Below are positions 33,960 to 44,225 of a stretch of DNA of 50,748 nt, in pieces. Each line of letters begins with the position of its first letter. Positions within the stretch are counted from its first letter, which is position 1. Source of the stretch: a virus. Taxonomy: Duplodnaviria; Caudoviricetes. The stretch is taken from positions 1-50,748 of IMG/VR virus record IMGVR_UViG_3300011339_000660, one strand, 5' to 3'. The position numbers and the translations under genes were made by a program. The notes beneath the pieces are model-generated. The model saw only the letters and a program-made list of their open reading frames with translations. It searched no databases and was not told the DNA's origin.

Positions 33960-35066
33960 ATGTCAGAAGCACAATTCAATCCATTTGACACCTCATCTTA
34001 CTCAAACACTCCAGTGGAGATGTCTCAAGAAGTAGAGGTAAATACAGAAGTAACACCAAGTCCAGAGGTATCTACATCGACAGAAGTTGCAAATTCTGCA
34101 ATTACTGATAACCCGGTAGAACTTCCTCAGAACATATCTCAAGAAGTAAGTAATGAGGAGACAACAACATTTGAATTTGAGTGGCCAAATGAGGTATCTA
34201 AGGATATTTACGATAAGCTTGTAAGTGGTAACATATCTGATTTAGCGGATATGATCTACGAACAAAAAGTTCTTTCAAGTATTGATACATTAGGAGAGGC
34301 AGATATTCTAAAGCTAAAGATGGCTTATGAGTATCCAGACCTTACTCCACAGGAAATAGAAGAGGAATTCAGCAGCAGATTCGGAATTGATGACGATGTT
34401 GATACTTCTATGATGACTGATGAGGAAATTGCTTCTCACAATAAAAGGATAGAGAAGCAGACCAAAGCAATCTCAAGGGAAATGAAGAAAGAGGTTAGAG
34501 AGGCAAAAGACTTCCTTGAGGGATTAAAGCAGGATATTTCGTTTCCAGATATATTAAGTCAAGTTGTGAACACTCAGACGCAAATAACGCCTGAAGATGT
34601 TTTGAACGATTACTTCACACAGCAGGAACAGGAACAGAGTCAGGCTTATGCACAAGCTAGACAAGCTTATGTAAACAGCCTTGATGATGGTCTCAAATCC
34701 TTTGAAGGGTTCAGTGTCAATTATAAGGACGAGGATGTCCAGTTTGACGGAAAGTATAACCTCACTCCGGAAGAAAAGGTTAATCTTTCAAGTACTCTCA
34801 AAGAATTTGATCTAGAAGAGTTTTATGGAAATCGTTATTTCAAGGAAGGAAGATACGATTCTAAACAACTCGCGGAAGATGTATACTTCCTGCAAAACAG
34901 AGATAAGGTGGTAAACTCACTTGTGACACAGGCTGTGTCTAAAGCGAAGTCAGACCTACTTAGATCAATGAAGAATATCGATTTCAATGACTCTCCAAGG
35001 GTTGCTGCTACTTCGAGTTCTAACGATGACTATAGTGCGATGGTATCGAAATTGTATAGCATCTAA
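33960..35066 (+). CDS. Putative scaffold protein
   Basis: Very acidic; between portal and capsid. Confidence 0.6.
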   Translation: MSEAQFNPFDTSSYSNTPVEMSQEVEVNTEVTPSPEVSTSTEVANSAITDNPVELPQNISQEVSNEETTTFEFEWPNEVSKDIYDKLVSGNISDLADMIYEQKVLSSIDTLGEADILKLKMAYEYPDLTPQEIEEEFSSRFGIDDDVDTSMMTDEEIASHNKRIEKQTKAISREMKKEVREAKDFLEGLKQDISFPDILSQVVNTQTQITPEDVLNDYFTQQEQEQSQAYAQARQAYVNSLDDGLKSFEGFSVNYKDEDVQFDGKYNLTPEEKVNLSSTLKEFDLEEFYGNRYFKEGRYDSKQLAEDVYFLQNRDKVVNSLVTQAVSKAKSDLLRSMKNIDFNDSPRVAATSSSNDDYSAMVSKLYSI

Positions 35067-35091
35067 TAATAACAATTTAAAATAGATTACA

Positions 35092-36429
35092 ATGCCAGTA
35101 TTACAACCAGGTAATGTGATGCAAACAGGAATTCAAAGGTCATTTATGTCTGACCTTTCCATCCTGAAGCCTCAGTACTACCCACAATTTATTGACAAGT
35201 ATGGTTCTCAGAACTATGCTCAACTTTTGGAAGCTCTCGGAATGAAAGCTACCGTACCTTCTAGGGAATTTTTTCACTTTGAATCAGTTGGCAAACTTCA
35301 TTCAGCTGTTCAGTTGAGTGGTGCTGCTATCGCAGATGTTGCTCCAGGTGCAGAGGTTACTCTTGCCATTTCTAGTGCATTTGTTTCAAATGGCAGAAGC
35401 CCTCTTCGCGTAGGTGAAGTTGTTGAGAATGCCGCAACTGGTGTTCAGTACAAAATCACTGCAGTGACTTCAGCAACAGCTTTCAAAATGAAGCCGTTGG
35501 ATGCGCTTATTGATGCAAACACTGACCTTGGTGCTACATCAACAGCCCACCTGTTGTTCCGTGGATTGACTGAAGCTGGTGAAGCTTCTAGCAAATTCAA
35601 TACCCTAACAGGTTTGACCGAGAGGAAGACTTTCTACACAACTGAAATCCGTGAAGACTTCACCATTAGCGATCGTGCTAAGATTGAAGAACTTTACTTT
35701 GAAGTTAATGGCCAGTCTTACTACACCTACAAAGGTCTTGATGAAGCTGTACGCAGGTTCATGAATAACAAGGAGTTCAAATTGATGTTTGGTAAGCCTT
35801 CAACTGATGCTCAAATCGGTAGTACTGGTACTACAGGTTTGGTTCCTCAAATTGAAGCAGGTGGTCAAACATACAACTGGAATGCTGGTGCTAGTGGTTT
35901 CACCATCGCTGACTTCCATTCAATTGCTCGTCTCGCTGACTTCAATGGTGGTGCTCAAGAGTATCATTTCTTGATGGATAGCTATTTGAGAAGTGTAGTT
36001 GACGACTCATTGTTTACCAACTATAACAATGGAGCAATCCTTTGGGCTTCTGTTGGTGGTGCATCTGAGGTTGCTGTTAAGTATGGCTTCGACTCATTGA
36101 AGATTGATGGTATCACCTTCCACTTGAAGAAGTACCTTCCTTTCAATGCTGAGGCTGTATACGGTGTTGCTCCTTCTACAGAGTACTACAAGAACAGCGG
36201 TATCCTCATCCCAATGAAGGATGGCCGTGATGCTCAAACTGGTGACAAAGTTCCTTCTCTCCGCATTGTTTACAATGAGGTTGAGCCTGGAAAAGAAATC
36301 AAAGTTTGGGAAACTGGTGCTTTGGCTAAGGTTCCAACTAACGACAAAATGGAACTCAATGTACACCACATGGCGTACTGCGGTATCCAAGTTTTTGCCG
36401 CCAACCAATATATCTCTGTTAAATCCTAA
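35092..36429 (+). CDS. Major capsid protein
   Basis: 445 aa, biased codon usage, EFKLMFG...TTGLVPQI...GF.S...G.TFH pattern, followed by a terminator. Confidence 0.85.
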   Translation: MPVLQPGNVMQTGIQRSFMSDLSILKPQYYPQFIDKYGSQNYAQLLEALGMKATVPSREFFHFESVGKLHSAVQLSGAAIADVAPGAEVTLAISSAFVSNGRSPLRVGEVVENAATGVQYKITAVTSATAFKMKPLDALIDANTDLGATSTAHLLFRGLTEAGEASSKFNTLTGLTERKTFYTTEIREDFTISDRAKIEELYFEVNGQSYYTYKGLDEAVRRFMNNKEFKLMFGKPSTDAQIGSTGTTGLVPQIEAGGQTYNWNAGASGFTIADFHSIARLADFNGGAQEYHFLMDSYLRSVVDDSLFTNYNNGAILWASVGGASEVAVKYGFDSLKIDGITFHLKKYLPFNAEAVYGVAPSTEYYKNSGILIPMKDGRDAQTGDKVPSLRIVYNEVEPGKEIKVWETGALAKVPTNDKMELNVHHMAYCGIQVFAANQYISVKS

Positions 36430-36447
36430 TTTAGATATAGCGAAATT

Positions 36448-36479
36448 GAGACCCCTCCTAGTGAGGGGTTTCTTTTTTT
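36448..36479 (+). terminator. Intrinsic terminator
   Basis: GAGACCCCTC-CTAGT-GAGGGGTTTC followed by T7. Confidence 0.85.
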
Positions 36480-36511
36480 ATGTATATTTGTCATAATCAA
36501 AATCTTAAACC

Positions 36512-37420
36512 ATGGCTAAAAGCACGAAAAAAACAATTGACGAAAATGGCAACCTAGTTGATCTAGTGTCGCAACAAGAAGAGAATGAACTTGTATCTGA
36601 TATCGTAATAGACTTACCAAAGAAAAAGAAAGAACCGAAGGAGTATATCTTCCAACTGACTGCTAAGTTTTATCCCAATAGCGCATATAACAAGTATCCT
36701 GAGAATTATCTTCTTAAGAATACAGACATTATATATGATGAGACCACCGGAACAGAAAGGAATATCAGATATCTTGAGGGTGTTAGTACTATTTGGGAAG
36801 AGGAACAAAACCATCTTTCTGAGGGAAAGAAGAATCAAAGACCTGATATTAGGTTCGTAAAAGGTTTTCTTAGGGTTCCATCAAACAAGCCTTCATTGGT
36901 AGAGTTCCTTACTAAAAGCAATATGTTTGATAAAAAGACAAACAGAATGGCTGGGTCTAGGACAATCTATACAATGTTGGACTTTGAAGCACAGGAAGAA
37001 AAAGAAATTGTAAAGACAGAAAGGAGAATGGAAGCAATGAAGATTGCAATGGACGCTCCTGACGAAATCATGATTCCTCATGCTAAATATCTTGGAGTTA
37101 AGTTTGTTAACTCTTATGGTGTTGAAAGGTCTAACAGGGCTATTAAGATGGACTATATTGGTGTGGCGGATAACAATCCAGATACCTTTATCAAGACATA
37201 TAACAATCCATTAGTCAAAGTGCAGTACTTAGTTTCTAAGGCTATTCAGACTAACATGATTGATATTAGCTCAATGAAAGGACAAGCATCATGGGGAGAT
37301 ACAAAGAAGTTTATTGCACAAATCCCTGATAATAAGGATGCACTAACCTTCCTGTCTGAGTACAGTTTGACCGAAAAAGGAAAGGATTTCTACACCCAGC
37401 TCAAGACATTGGGTGAGTAA
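36512..37420 (+). CDS. Hypothetical protein following the capsid gene
   Basis: 302 aa, RNIRY..G.S.I...Q...I.F..G.L.V pattern. Confidence 0.7.
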   Translation: MAKSTKKTIDENGNLVDLVSQQEENELVSDIVIDLPKKKKEPKEYIFQLTAKFYPNSAYNKYPENYLLKNTDIIYDETTGTERNIRYLEGVSTIWEEEQNHLSEGKKNQRPDIRFVKGFLRVPSNKPSLVEFLTKSNMFDKKTNRMAGSRTIYTMLDFEAQEEKEIVKTERRMEAMKIAMDAPDEIMIPHAKYLGVKFVNSYGVERSNRAIKMDYIGVADNNPDTFIKTYNNPLVKVQYLVSKAIQTNMIDISSMKGQASWGDTKKFIAQIPDNKDALTFLSEYSLTEKGKDFYTQLKTLGE

Positions 37421-37452
37421 CATAGCTTCGTGTTAATTATGGTTTGATTGGT

Positions 37453-37487
37453 TCTCCCGGTAGGTCTCTACTGGGAGATTTTGTTTT
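37453..37487 (+). terminator. Intrinsic terminator
   Basis: TCTCCCGGTAG-GTCT-CTACTGGGAGA followed by TTTTGTTTT. Confidence 0.75.
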
Positions 37488-37498
37488 ATATTTGCATT

Positions 37499-38167
37499 AT
37501 GAACATTAATGAGGTATACAAGCTAGTATCCTATTTGGTAGATAAGTACCAGGGAACATACCTGTCTCCAGAGGATTTTAACATGGTAGTAAACATGGCT
37601 CAAAACCAATATCTGTCATTTATAACAGAAGATACTGGCACTAGGGGGACTAATCCAAAGAACCCTGTAGGTATGTCAACGTCTGCAATTATAGCAGATG
37701 CGCTATCTACATTCCTTACTGAAACAACGCTTACTGTAACATCACAATTAGCTGCAAAGCCTGGTGATTTATACAAGACAGTAGCGATTAGAACTACTGA
37801 TGATAATTATGCTGCAAGGTTTGTAGCAGAAGATAGAATAGCATCATATATTGGAAACGCTATAGACGCACCAACAGTTACAGACCCAATATATTATGAG
37901 TTGGGTTCTTCTTACAAGTTTTACCCTTCTACACTATCAACAGTAAAGATTACGTATATAAGAAATCCACAAGTCCTTAAATGGTCTTATACTGGAGCAT
38001 TAGTCTATGACCCAGCTACAAGCGTACCTGCATCAAATGCAAATCTTGAATGGGGTGATACTGATGTTTATGAGATTATATATAGGGCTATTGGTATTAT
38101 AGGAATAAACCTAAAGGATGGCGATCTTATGAGGGCTTCTCAAACTATTAAAAATGACGGGCTATGA
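37499..38167 (+). CDS. Putative neck/ring (head-tail adaptor) protein
   Basis: K.Q..YLSPEDFN....AQ...YIRNP..W.Y; position after the capsid module; start moved to MNINEV. Confidence 0.6.
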   Translation: MNINEVYKLVSYLVDKYQGTYLSPEDFNMVVNMAQNQYLSFITEDTGTRGTNPKNPVGMSTSAIIADALSTFLTETTLTVTSQLAAKPGDLYKTVAIRTTDDNYAARFVAEDRIASYIGNAIDAPTVTDPIYYELGSSYKFYPSTLSTVKITYIRNPQVLKWSYTGALVYDPATSVPASNANLEWGDTDVYEIIYRAIGIIGINLKDGDLMRASQTIKNDGL

Positions 38168-38790
38168 CAAGGAGAGTACTCATAGAGCAAATTAGAAGAT
38201 TATATTATGGCGGTGTTCCTGGTGATGACGCTAACCTTACCGAAAACGAGGTTAACCAATATATAAACCAAGCAATTGCTTATGTAGCTAAAGTAAACTA
38301 TACGGATTCTATAAAGCTAGACGGAGTAGAAACTGTTAGTGATGCGTTTTATGCTACCTTTAAAAACCTTGCACTTACATTTGATTCAGATACCGGATAT
38401 TGGTATGCTACACTTCCTCATCCGCCACTTGGATTGTCTAGGGGGTACGGAATATCTTCGGTTACATTTCCTGTAAGTACAGGTTGGGCTAAAGCTCCAG
38501 TCCCTATTTCACCAAGGGAGTTAGACCTTATAGATAATATGAAGAAACCTCCGAGTAAGATATTCTATTGGGCAGAAGGTGGAAGACTTTACTTCAAGAG
38601 CCCATACTATAATCTTACTTCAAAGACACCAATAGTAAGAATGGTTAGCGCAGAGAGTACAGACCTTGCAGCAGAAGTAAATGTTCCTGGAGAATATATC
38701 TCAGAAATGATTAACTGGATACTGAACCAACTGAAAGTGAGAAAGGGAATGCCAGAGGATACTACAAATGACGGATTAGATAAAGCATAA
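38164..38790 (+). CDS. Putative neck/ring protein
   Basis: Position and size; ATGA overlap. Confidence 0.5.
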   Translation: MTRRVLIEQIRRLYYGGVPGDDANLTENEVNQYINQAIAYVAKVNYTDSIKLDGVETVSDAFYATFKNLALTFDSDTGYWYATLPHPPLGLSRGYGISSVTFPVSTGWAKAPVPISPRELDLIDNMKKPPSKIFYWAEGGRLYFKSPYYNLTSKTPIVRMVSAESTDLAAEVNVPGEYISEMINWILNQLKVRKGMPEDTTNDGLDKA

Positions 38791-38792
38791 TT

Positions 38793-39563
38793 ATGGCAAA
38801 AGATACAGCTCAATGGATTGAATTAGCGGAGGTTATATATCAGTATATTGACCAAGCTAAACTTACTAGCGCAGAATATAGGAGGCTATGGCCTATTGGG
38901 GTTAGAGGAGTAGAGGAGATTGGGTACGATGTACACATGGAGCCAAAAACAGAGAAGCTTATAGTTAACGCTAATAAGACTGTTACCCTCCCAACCAACT
39001 ATATTGGATTCTCTAAAGTTGGAGTATTAAATTCTAGGGGAGAAGTAGCTACACTAAGAAGGAATAGCAACCTAACAGAATATAAGATTGACCAAAGTGA
39101 TAGGCTGTCAAATAATACTGACCAAAATGTTGGCAACACATACAGGCTTCAAGACCTTGCTTTTGTAAACTACTTTGATGGGGCAAGATATGCTAATATA
39201 TTTGGCGTTGGTGCAGCACTAAATAGTCAGGGTCAATTTGATATCTCTGAAACAGAAGGTTTGATATATCTAGATAACGACTTTAATTACACATATGTAA
39301 TTCTAGAGTATTTTTCATCTCCATCTGACGATGTAAACTTCAAGATACCAATTCAGGTTAGGGATGCTGTATTGTCTTACATAGCTTGGAAAGATATTGA
39401 GATGATGCCAACTGGAAGAAGGTCAACAATGGGCGACAAGCAAATGAGGCGCAAGGAGTATTATAATCAGAAAAGACTTGCAAAGATGAGAGTTAATCCT
39501 GTGACTCCGTGGGACGCAAATGAGCAGATAAGGTTGAGTCAAAAACTTGTAGCAAAATCATAA
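38793..39563 (+). CDS. Putative neck/ring protein
   Basis: LP.NY....V, VILEY.S, A...YIAW pattern; position. Confidence 0.55.
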   Translation: MAKDTAQWIELAEVIYQYIDQAKLTSAEYRRLWPIGVRGVEEIGYDVHMEPKTEKLIVNANKTVTLPTNYIGFSKVGVLNSRGEVATLRRNSNLTEYKIDQSDRLSNNTDQNVGNTYRLQDLAFVNYFDGARYANIFGVGAALNSQGQFDISETEGLIYLDNDFNYTYVILEYFSSPSDDVNFKIPIQVRDAVLSYIAWKDIEMMPTGRRSTMGDKQMRRKEYYNQKRLAKMRVNPVTPWDANEQIRLSQKLVAKS

Positions 39564-39564
39564 T

Positions 39565-42500
39565 ATGAAGACTGAAAGAAAACAGATAGCTGGAGTAATG
39601 AATCTTGATGACTCTAATGATGTTTTACCAAGCGGTCATCATAAGGAGGCTAAGAACATAGTATTTAGGGGTAGTCAAGGAGGAGTTTCTGCGCAGAATA
39701 TTCTTGGTAATAGGAATATAGCTACATCTCTACCAGCTGGTACAAATAGCTGTATAGGATCCCATTACGACGCACAGAAACAAAGACTGTTTTACTTTAA
39801 TTTCAACTCAAATGGTAATCATGGTATATACATATATAACACTATACCAAAGACCATACAAGCTCTGTTCATAAACAATACACACAGTTCTGGAGATGTT
39901 CTAGGATTTAATATAAATAATCCAATAACGTCTATTAACATTATGTACAATGATGCGTACAAGCCTTCATTGGACATTGATGGAGATGTGCTGTACTGGA
40001 TTGATTCATTAGGACGTCCATCAAAGTTGAATATAGATAGGAAGCTAGCTGGAGTATACGCATCGTATAAAAGGTCATATCTTGATGTGGCAAAGGCTCC
40101 TCCTTCTATGCCAGTAAAGTGTACTTACGAATACGACAATAATGTAACTAATAATAATCTCAGAAACTCTCTATTCCAATTTATATATAGGTGGGTTTAT
40201 GACGATGGAGAAAAATCTGTATGGAGTACGGGAAGTATGGTTCCGTTGCCATGGTTGCCATTTAGCGAGCCTATATCTCGTTTCCCGAACAGTAGTTCTA
40301 GGATTAATATGTTTGTGTCTACAGGGGACGAAACGGTTAAAAAAATAGAATTAGCAGTACGAAAATGTGCAGACGGAGTAACGTCTGATTATGAGTTAAT
40401 CACATCATTAAATAAGAAGGATTCTAGCCTGTCTATACCAAACAATAATGTGTACAGCTACTTGTTTTATAACAACACATCTTTAATACCTATAGATAAG
40501 GCAGAGCAGATAGCACTATTTGACTACGTACCACAGAAAGCAAACGCACAAGAATTATTGAATGGCAATACTCTTGTTTATGGTGGAATAACAGAAGGGT
40601 ACGATAACATCAGTAATGTAAATGCTACACTTACTTCAAATACTACAACTCAAGATTTTGTTGAAGCTCCTGGTGGTTTGTTTTTTGCGCAGCAAAATGG
40701 AGTAACATCTTATGGAGGTACAAACTCAATAGACGTGTTTCTTACTGGAGATGGAGGTAACGATGTAGTAGCAAATACAGTAACAACAGTTCCATCATCT
40801 TGGTATGGCGACTTCTACGTTAAGTTTAGAAACTCCGTTGGTACATTGTTTACTATATCATACGATTCAACGACAACTAACCTAATCGTTGAAATACTTA
40901 TAGGACTTCAAGCTGATGCTGTGTCTAAGGGATTCACCGCAACAATTTCCGGGAATAAGCTGACTATATCTGACACTAATACACTAAATCTTGAATCTGC
41001 ATATATGACAAACAGCTTGTCAAATGCAACATTCACAGAGGTTAGGAAAGATAATGCGATGTACGTGCATCAGGGCAATTCAAATTATAGGTACGGTATT
41101 GTATATTACGATGACAAGGGAAGAACAAATGGTGTTATAACATCTGACTCTTTAAGGATTACTACTCCAAGATGGACAGGGAGCACTGCATTTCCATTTG
41201 TTCAAATATCAATATCGCACCAACCTCCAGCATGGGCTTCATACTATAACATAGTAAGGACAAACAACCTAACGTATGATAAGAATATATTTTGGGTATC
41301 AAATAGGGCGTTCACTAAGTTGGCAACAAGGGCAACATCAGCAGTAGAGTATTCTATATCTTATATAGGTATAGATAACATGATGCAATATAATGATGAC
41401 ATTCAGTCTACTTCAGGATATATTGGATATGATTTTGCTCCAGGAGATAGAGTAAGATTTACGGAAAGAATTAGCGCAAGCGGAACAGCAACTGCCCTAA
41501 GCAGTAATTTAGATTATGAGATTATAGGAGTTGAATCTAATCCAAACGTAAATGGATATGTGGCTAAAGGGACTTACATAAAGATAAAGTACCCATCCAC
41601 TTCTGTAGATGCAAACTTCAAACTGTTAGAACCGGATCCTGTTGTATATGCAGGTACTGCTACAAATGTTGAAGATTTTCAGAACTATAAAATACAAATC
41701 TATAGCTATAAGAAACCGTCTTCAGGTATAGATGTATACTATGAGATAGGTCAACAATATGCCGTATCGCAACCAGGTACAGCTAATAGGTATCATGTGG
41801 GTCAGAGTCAATCCCAAACATCTTCTGTTCCGGCATTAATTTATCTTACAAGCGGAGACGAGTTCTTTAGGTATAGGAATGTTCCTCTAGGATCAAGCTA
41901 TTCATTTACAGCAGGGCAATATGGGCAAGGAGACAGTTTTGGAGCATATGCTGGAAGATATAGGAACATAAATGTAAATGTATGGGGTACAGACAATACT
42001 ACTAAAACAATATCAAACTCCATATATGAAATAAAGTCTCAGGTACTTGGTGGTAGCACTACTAGTTTAATTGCTATTGAATATCCGAACTATACAACTC
42101 CTGATTGCTTATATAGGAATAAGAGTGGGGTAACTCAAACAGTAAGAGTAAAAGGAACTATACCTGTATCTACTGTAACATCAAATGCGAATTATATTGC
42201 AATACATGCAAAGGTGGTAGTGAATTCAAGTAGCGCATTTATATCCCCAGTGCTTAGGAGAGTTCCAATAACAGAGTCTAATAGGCAGTATGAGTTTGAA
42301 TTCGAGGCTAAAATAACCGTTCCGGCTGCTGCTAAACTCTTCTTAATGACAGAGACTCATGATGAAGCTGGGTTTAAAATCAGCGTAGGTGCATTTGAAC
42401 TTCAACTTGATGTAGTAAATAATGCTCAAATAGCTATAATAGAAAAAAGCTTTAGCGATATAAATAAGATTGAAATAGACTCAAAGTCAAGACCACTTGT

Positions 42501-43581
42501 ATTTGACGAAAATGCTAAACAGTCATACTATCCTACTTTAGTCAGATTTGGCTTTCAAAAAGAAGCTGGTACCGATGTAAATAATTCAAACAGATTCAGT
42601 TCCACAAACATGGACGAATATGACAGAAGTAAAGGAGATATTGTTAGGTTTAAGGTAAGGGGAAGTAAAATGAGGATATTCCAAAAAAGAGCCTGTGGGG
42701 TAGTTGGAGTCCTTGAGAATATGATGTTTAATGCTGATGGAAGTAGTAACTTGATACAGACGAGTAAGCTATTAAATCAAATCAACTACTACCAAGGTGA
42801 ATATGGAATTGGTAACCTGTCAACAAGCCTTACGTCATCTGCCCGTGCAGACTACTTTGTAGACCCGATTAGAGGCTATCAGTTAAGATTAAGTGATGAT
42901 GGCCTTACTCCAATATCTAGTATTTACAAAGCACAGCTTTACATGACAACCCTTGCTAATAAGTATATAAATAATACTGCAGGAACGCTAGGCGGATTCG
43001 CTAAAGTTCTTGGAGTTTATGACTTTTACGAAGAAGAATATGTATCTGTGTTTCAGGGGTACTCTGGACAACCAAACACTACATTAGCTTTTAACGAGCT
43101 TAAAAACAGCTATACATCATTCTATGACTTTGCGCCTGAATGGATAACATCTACAGAAGGTTCTCTTGTTTCATTTAGGAATGGCCAGCTGTATGTGCAC
43201 GATAGTACAACATATTGCAACTTCTATGGTACTCAGTTCAAGCCTTCTATTAAATTGGTGTTCAATGACATGCAAACAATAAAGAAGAGGTACAATACTA
43301 TAAGCATGCTTTGCAATAAGAAGTGGGTTCCTGATACCAACGGGGATATTACAACTAACCTTGGTCAAAGCTCAAGCCTTCAGGACGCAGACTTTATATA
43401 TAAGGACGACAAGCTTCATGCATCTTTTAAAAGGGATGCAAACAGTACGGGTGGCCTGTATAATGGGAATGTGCTAAAAGGCAACTGGGCACAGATAAAC
43501 TTAAAGCCAGTTAATGGCAATGAATTCGTAAATTTGTTTTATATAGAACTTAATATTTTAGAACCTTTTTATAATAGATAA
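39565..43581 (+). CDS. Tail nozzle/muzzle (stabilization) protein
   Basis: 1338 aa, beta-rich; GVMNLD..., F.YR..Y.DGE.S, Y..GIVY.D..GR, YFVD..RG..LRLS.DGLTPIS, F.E....Y.SFYDF.P. Confidence 0.7.
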   Translation: MKTERKQIAGVMNLDDSNDVLPSGHHKEAKNIVFRGSQGGVSAQNILGNRNIATSLPAGTNSCIGSHYDAQKQRLFYFNFNSNGNHGIYIYNTIPKTIQALFINNTHSSGDVLGFNINNPITSINIMYNDAYKPSLDIDGDVLYWIDSLGRPSKLNIDRKLAGVYASYKRSYLDVAKAPPSMPVKCTYEYDNNVTNNNLRNSLFQFIYRWVYDDGEKSVWSTGSMVPLPWLPFSEPISRFPNSSSRINMFVSTGDETVKKIELAVRKCADGVTSDYELITSLNKKDSSLSIPNNNVYSYLFYNNTSLIPIDKAEQIALFDYVPQKANAQELLNGNTLVYGGITEGYDNISNVNATLTSNTTTQDFVEAPGGLFFAQQNGVTSYGGTNSIDVFLTGDGGNDVVANTVTTVPSSWYGDFYVKFRNSVGTLFTISYDSTTTNLIVEILIGLQADAVSKGFTATISGNKLTISDTNTLNLESAYMTNSLSNATFTEVRKDNAMYVHQGNSNYRYGIVYYDDKGRTNGVITSDSLRITTPRWTGSTAFPFVQISISHQPPAWASYYNIVRTNNLTYDKNIFWVSNRAFTKLATRATSAVEYSISYIGIDNMMQYNDDIQSTSGYIGYDFAPGDRVRFTERISASGTATALSSNLDYEIIGVESNPNVNGYVAKGTYIKIKYPSTSVDANFKLLEPDPVVYAGTATNVEDFQNYKIQIYSYKKPSSGIDVYYEIGQQYAVSQPGTANRYHVGQSQSQTSSVPALIYLTSGDEFFRYRNVPLGSSYSFTAGQYGQGDSFGAYAGRYRNINVNVWGTDNTTKTISNSIYEIKSQVLGGSTTSLIAIEYPNYTTPDCLYRNKSGVTQTVRVKGTIPVSTVTSNANYIAIHAKVVVNSSSAFISPVLRRVPITESNRQYEFEFEAKITVPAAAKLFLMTETHDEAGFKISVGAFELQLDVVNNAQIAIIEKSFSDINKIEIDSKSRPLVFDENAKQSYYPTLVRFGFQKEAGTDVNNSNRFSSTNMDEYDRSKGDIVRFKVRGSKMRIFQKRACGVVGVLENMMFNADGSSNLIQTSKLLNQINYYQGEYGIGNLSTSLTSSARADYFVDPIRGYQLRLSDDGLTPISSIYKAQLYMTTLANKYINNTAGTLGGFAKVLGVYDFYEEEYVSVFQGYSGQPNTTLAFNELKNSYTSFYDFAPEWITSTEGSLVSFRNGQLYVHDSTTYCNFYGTQFKPSIKLVFNDMQTIKKRYNTISMLCNKKWVPDTNGDITTNLGQSSSLQDADFIYKDDKLHASFKRDANSTGGLYNGNVLKGNWAQINLKPVNGNEFVNLFYIELNILEPFYNR

Positions 43582-43583
43582 TC

Positions 43584-44213
43584 ATGGCAAACGGTAAGAA
43601 ATTTTTTGATACAGGACTTGGTAAAGCTGCTGCTATTGTAGGAGGAGGAGGAGTTGGTGGATTGTTTCTATTGGGTAGAGGTATAGCAAAGAAATATAAA
43701 GAGGCAAATACTGGTATAAAGCAGCAGGTTTCTAATCTAGAAAATCAGCAGCTTGACGAAGGGATAGTTAAAGCTGACCAAGAAGCACAGATGATGAAGA
43801 ATCAAGGATTATCTTCATCTGCTCTAGGTTTATTCAATCAACAGTCTGACCGTGCTCAAAGTGCAGCATTTTCTCAACTAGGAGGAAGGCGTTCAGCTTT
43901 AGCAGGTGTTGGTTCAATTATGGATGCAGCTAATACTGCTGGCCTTAAATTAGCAAACATAGAACAAGAAGCAATGGATAGGAATAGGCAACAAGCTATG
44001 TCTTCTGCAATTGGATTGGGTAAAGAGAAGATGGGGCTTCAGAGATATAAGCAAGAGGGTCTATTTAATTATTACATGGGCAAGAAGCAAGCCTTGAATG
44101 CACAGATGTCTAATTTGGCTAAAGGAGCTATGAGGGTCGGTGCTGCTGTTGCTACTGGTGGTGCTTCTGAAGCACTTAGCGGATTTGTAAAAAAGAAAGG
44201 AAGCACAGAATAA
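43584..44213 (+). CDS. Putative internal/ejection virion protein
   Basis: Gly/Ala-rich hydrophobic ends, Gln-rich helical middle. Confidence 0.55.
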   Translation: MANGKKFFDTGLGKAAAIVGGGGVGGLFLLGRGIAKKYKEANTGIKQQVSNLENQQLDEGIVKADQEAQMMKNQGLSSSALGLFNQQSDRAQSAAFSQLGGRRSALAGVGSIMDAANTAGLKLANIEQEAMDRNRQQAMSSAIGLGKEKMGLQRYKQEGLFNYYMGKKQALNAQMSNLAKGAMRVGAAVATGGASEALSGFVKKKGSTE

Positions 44214-44225
44214 TAAAACAATCAA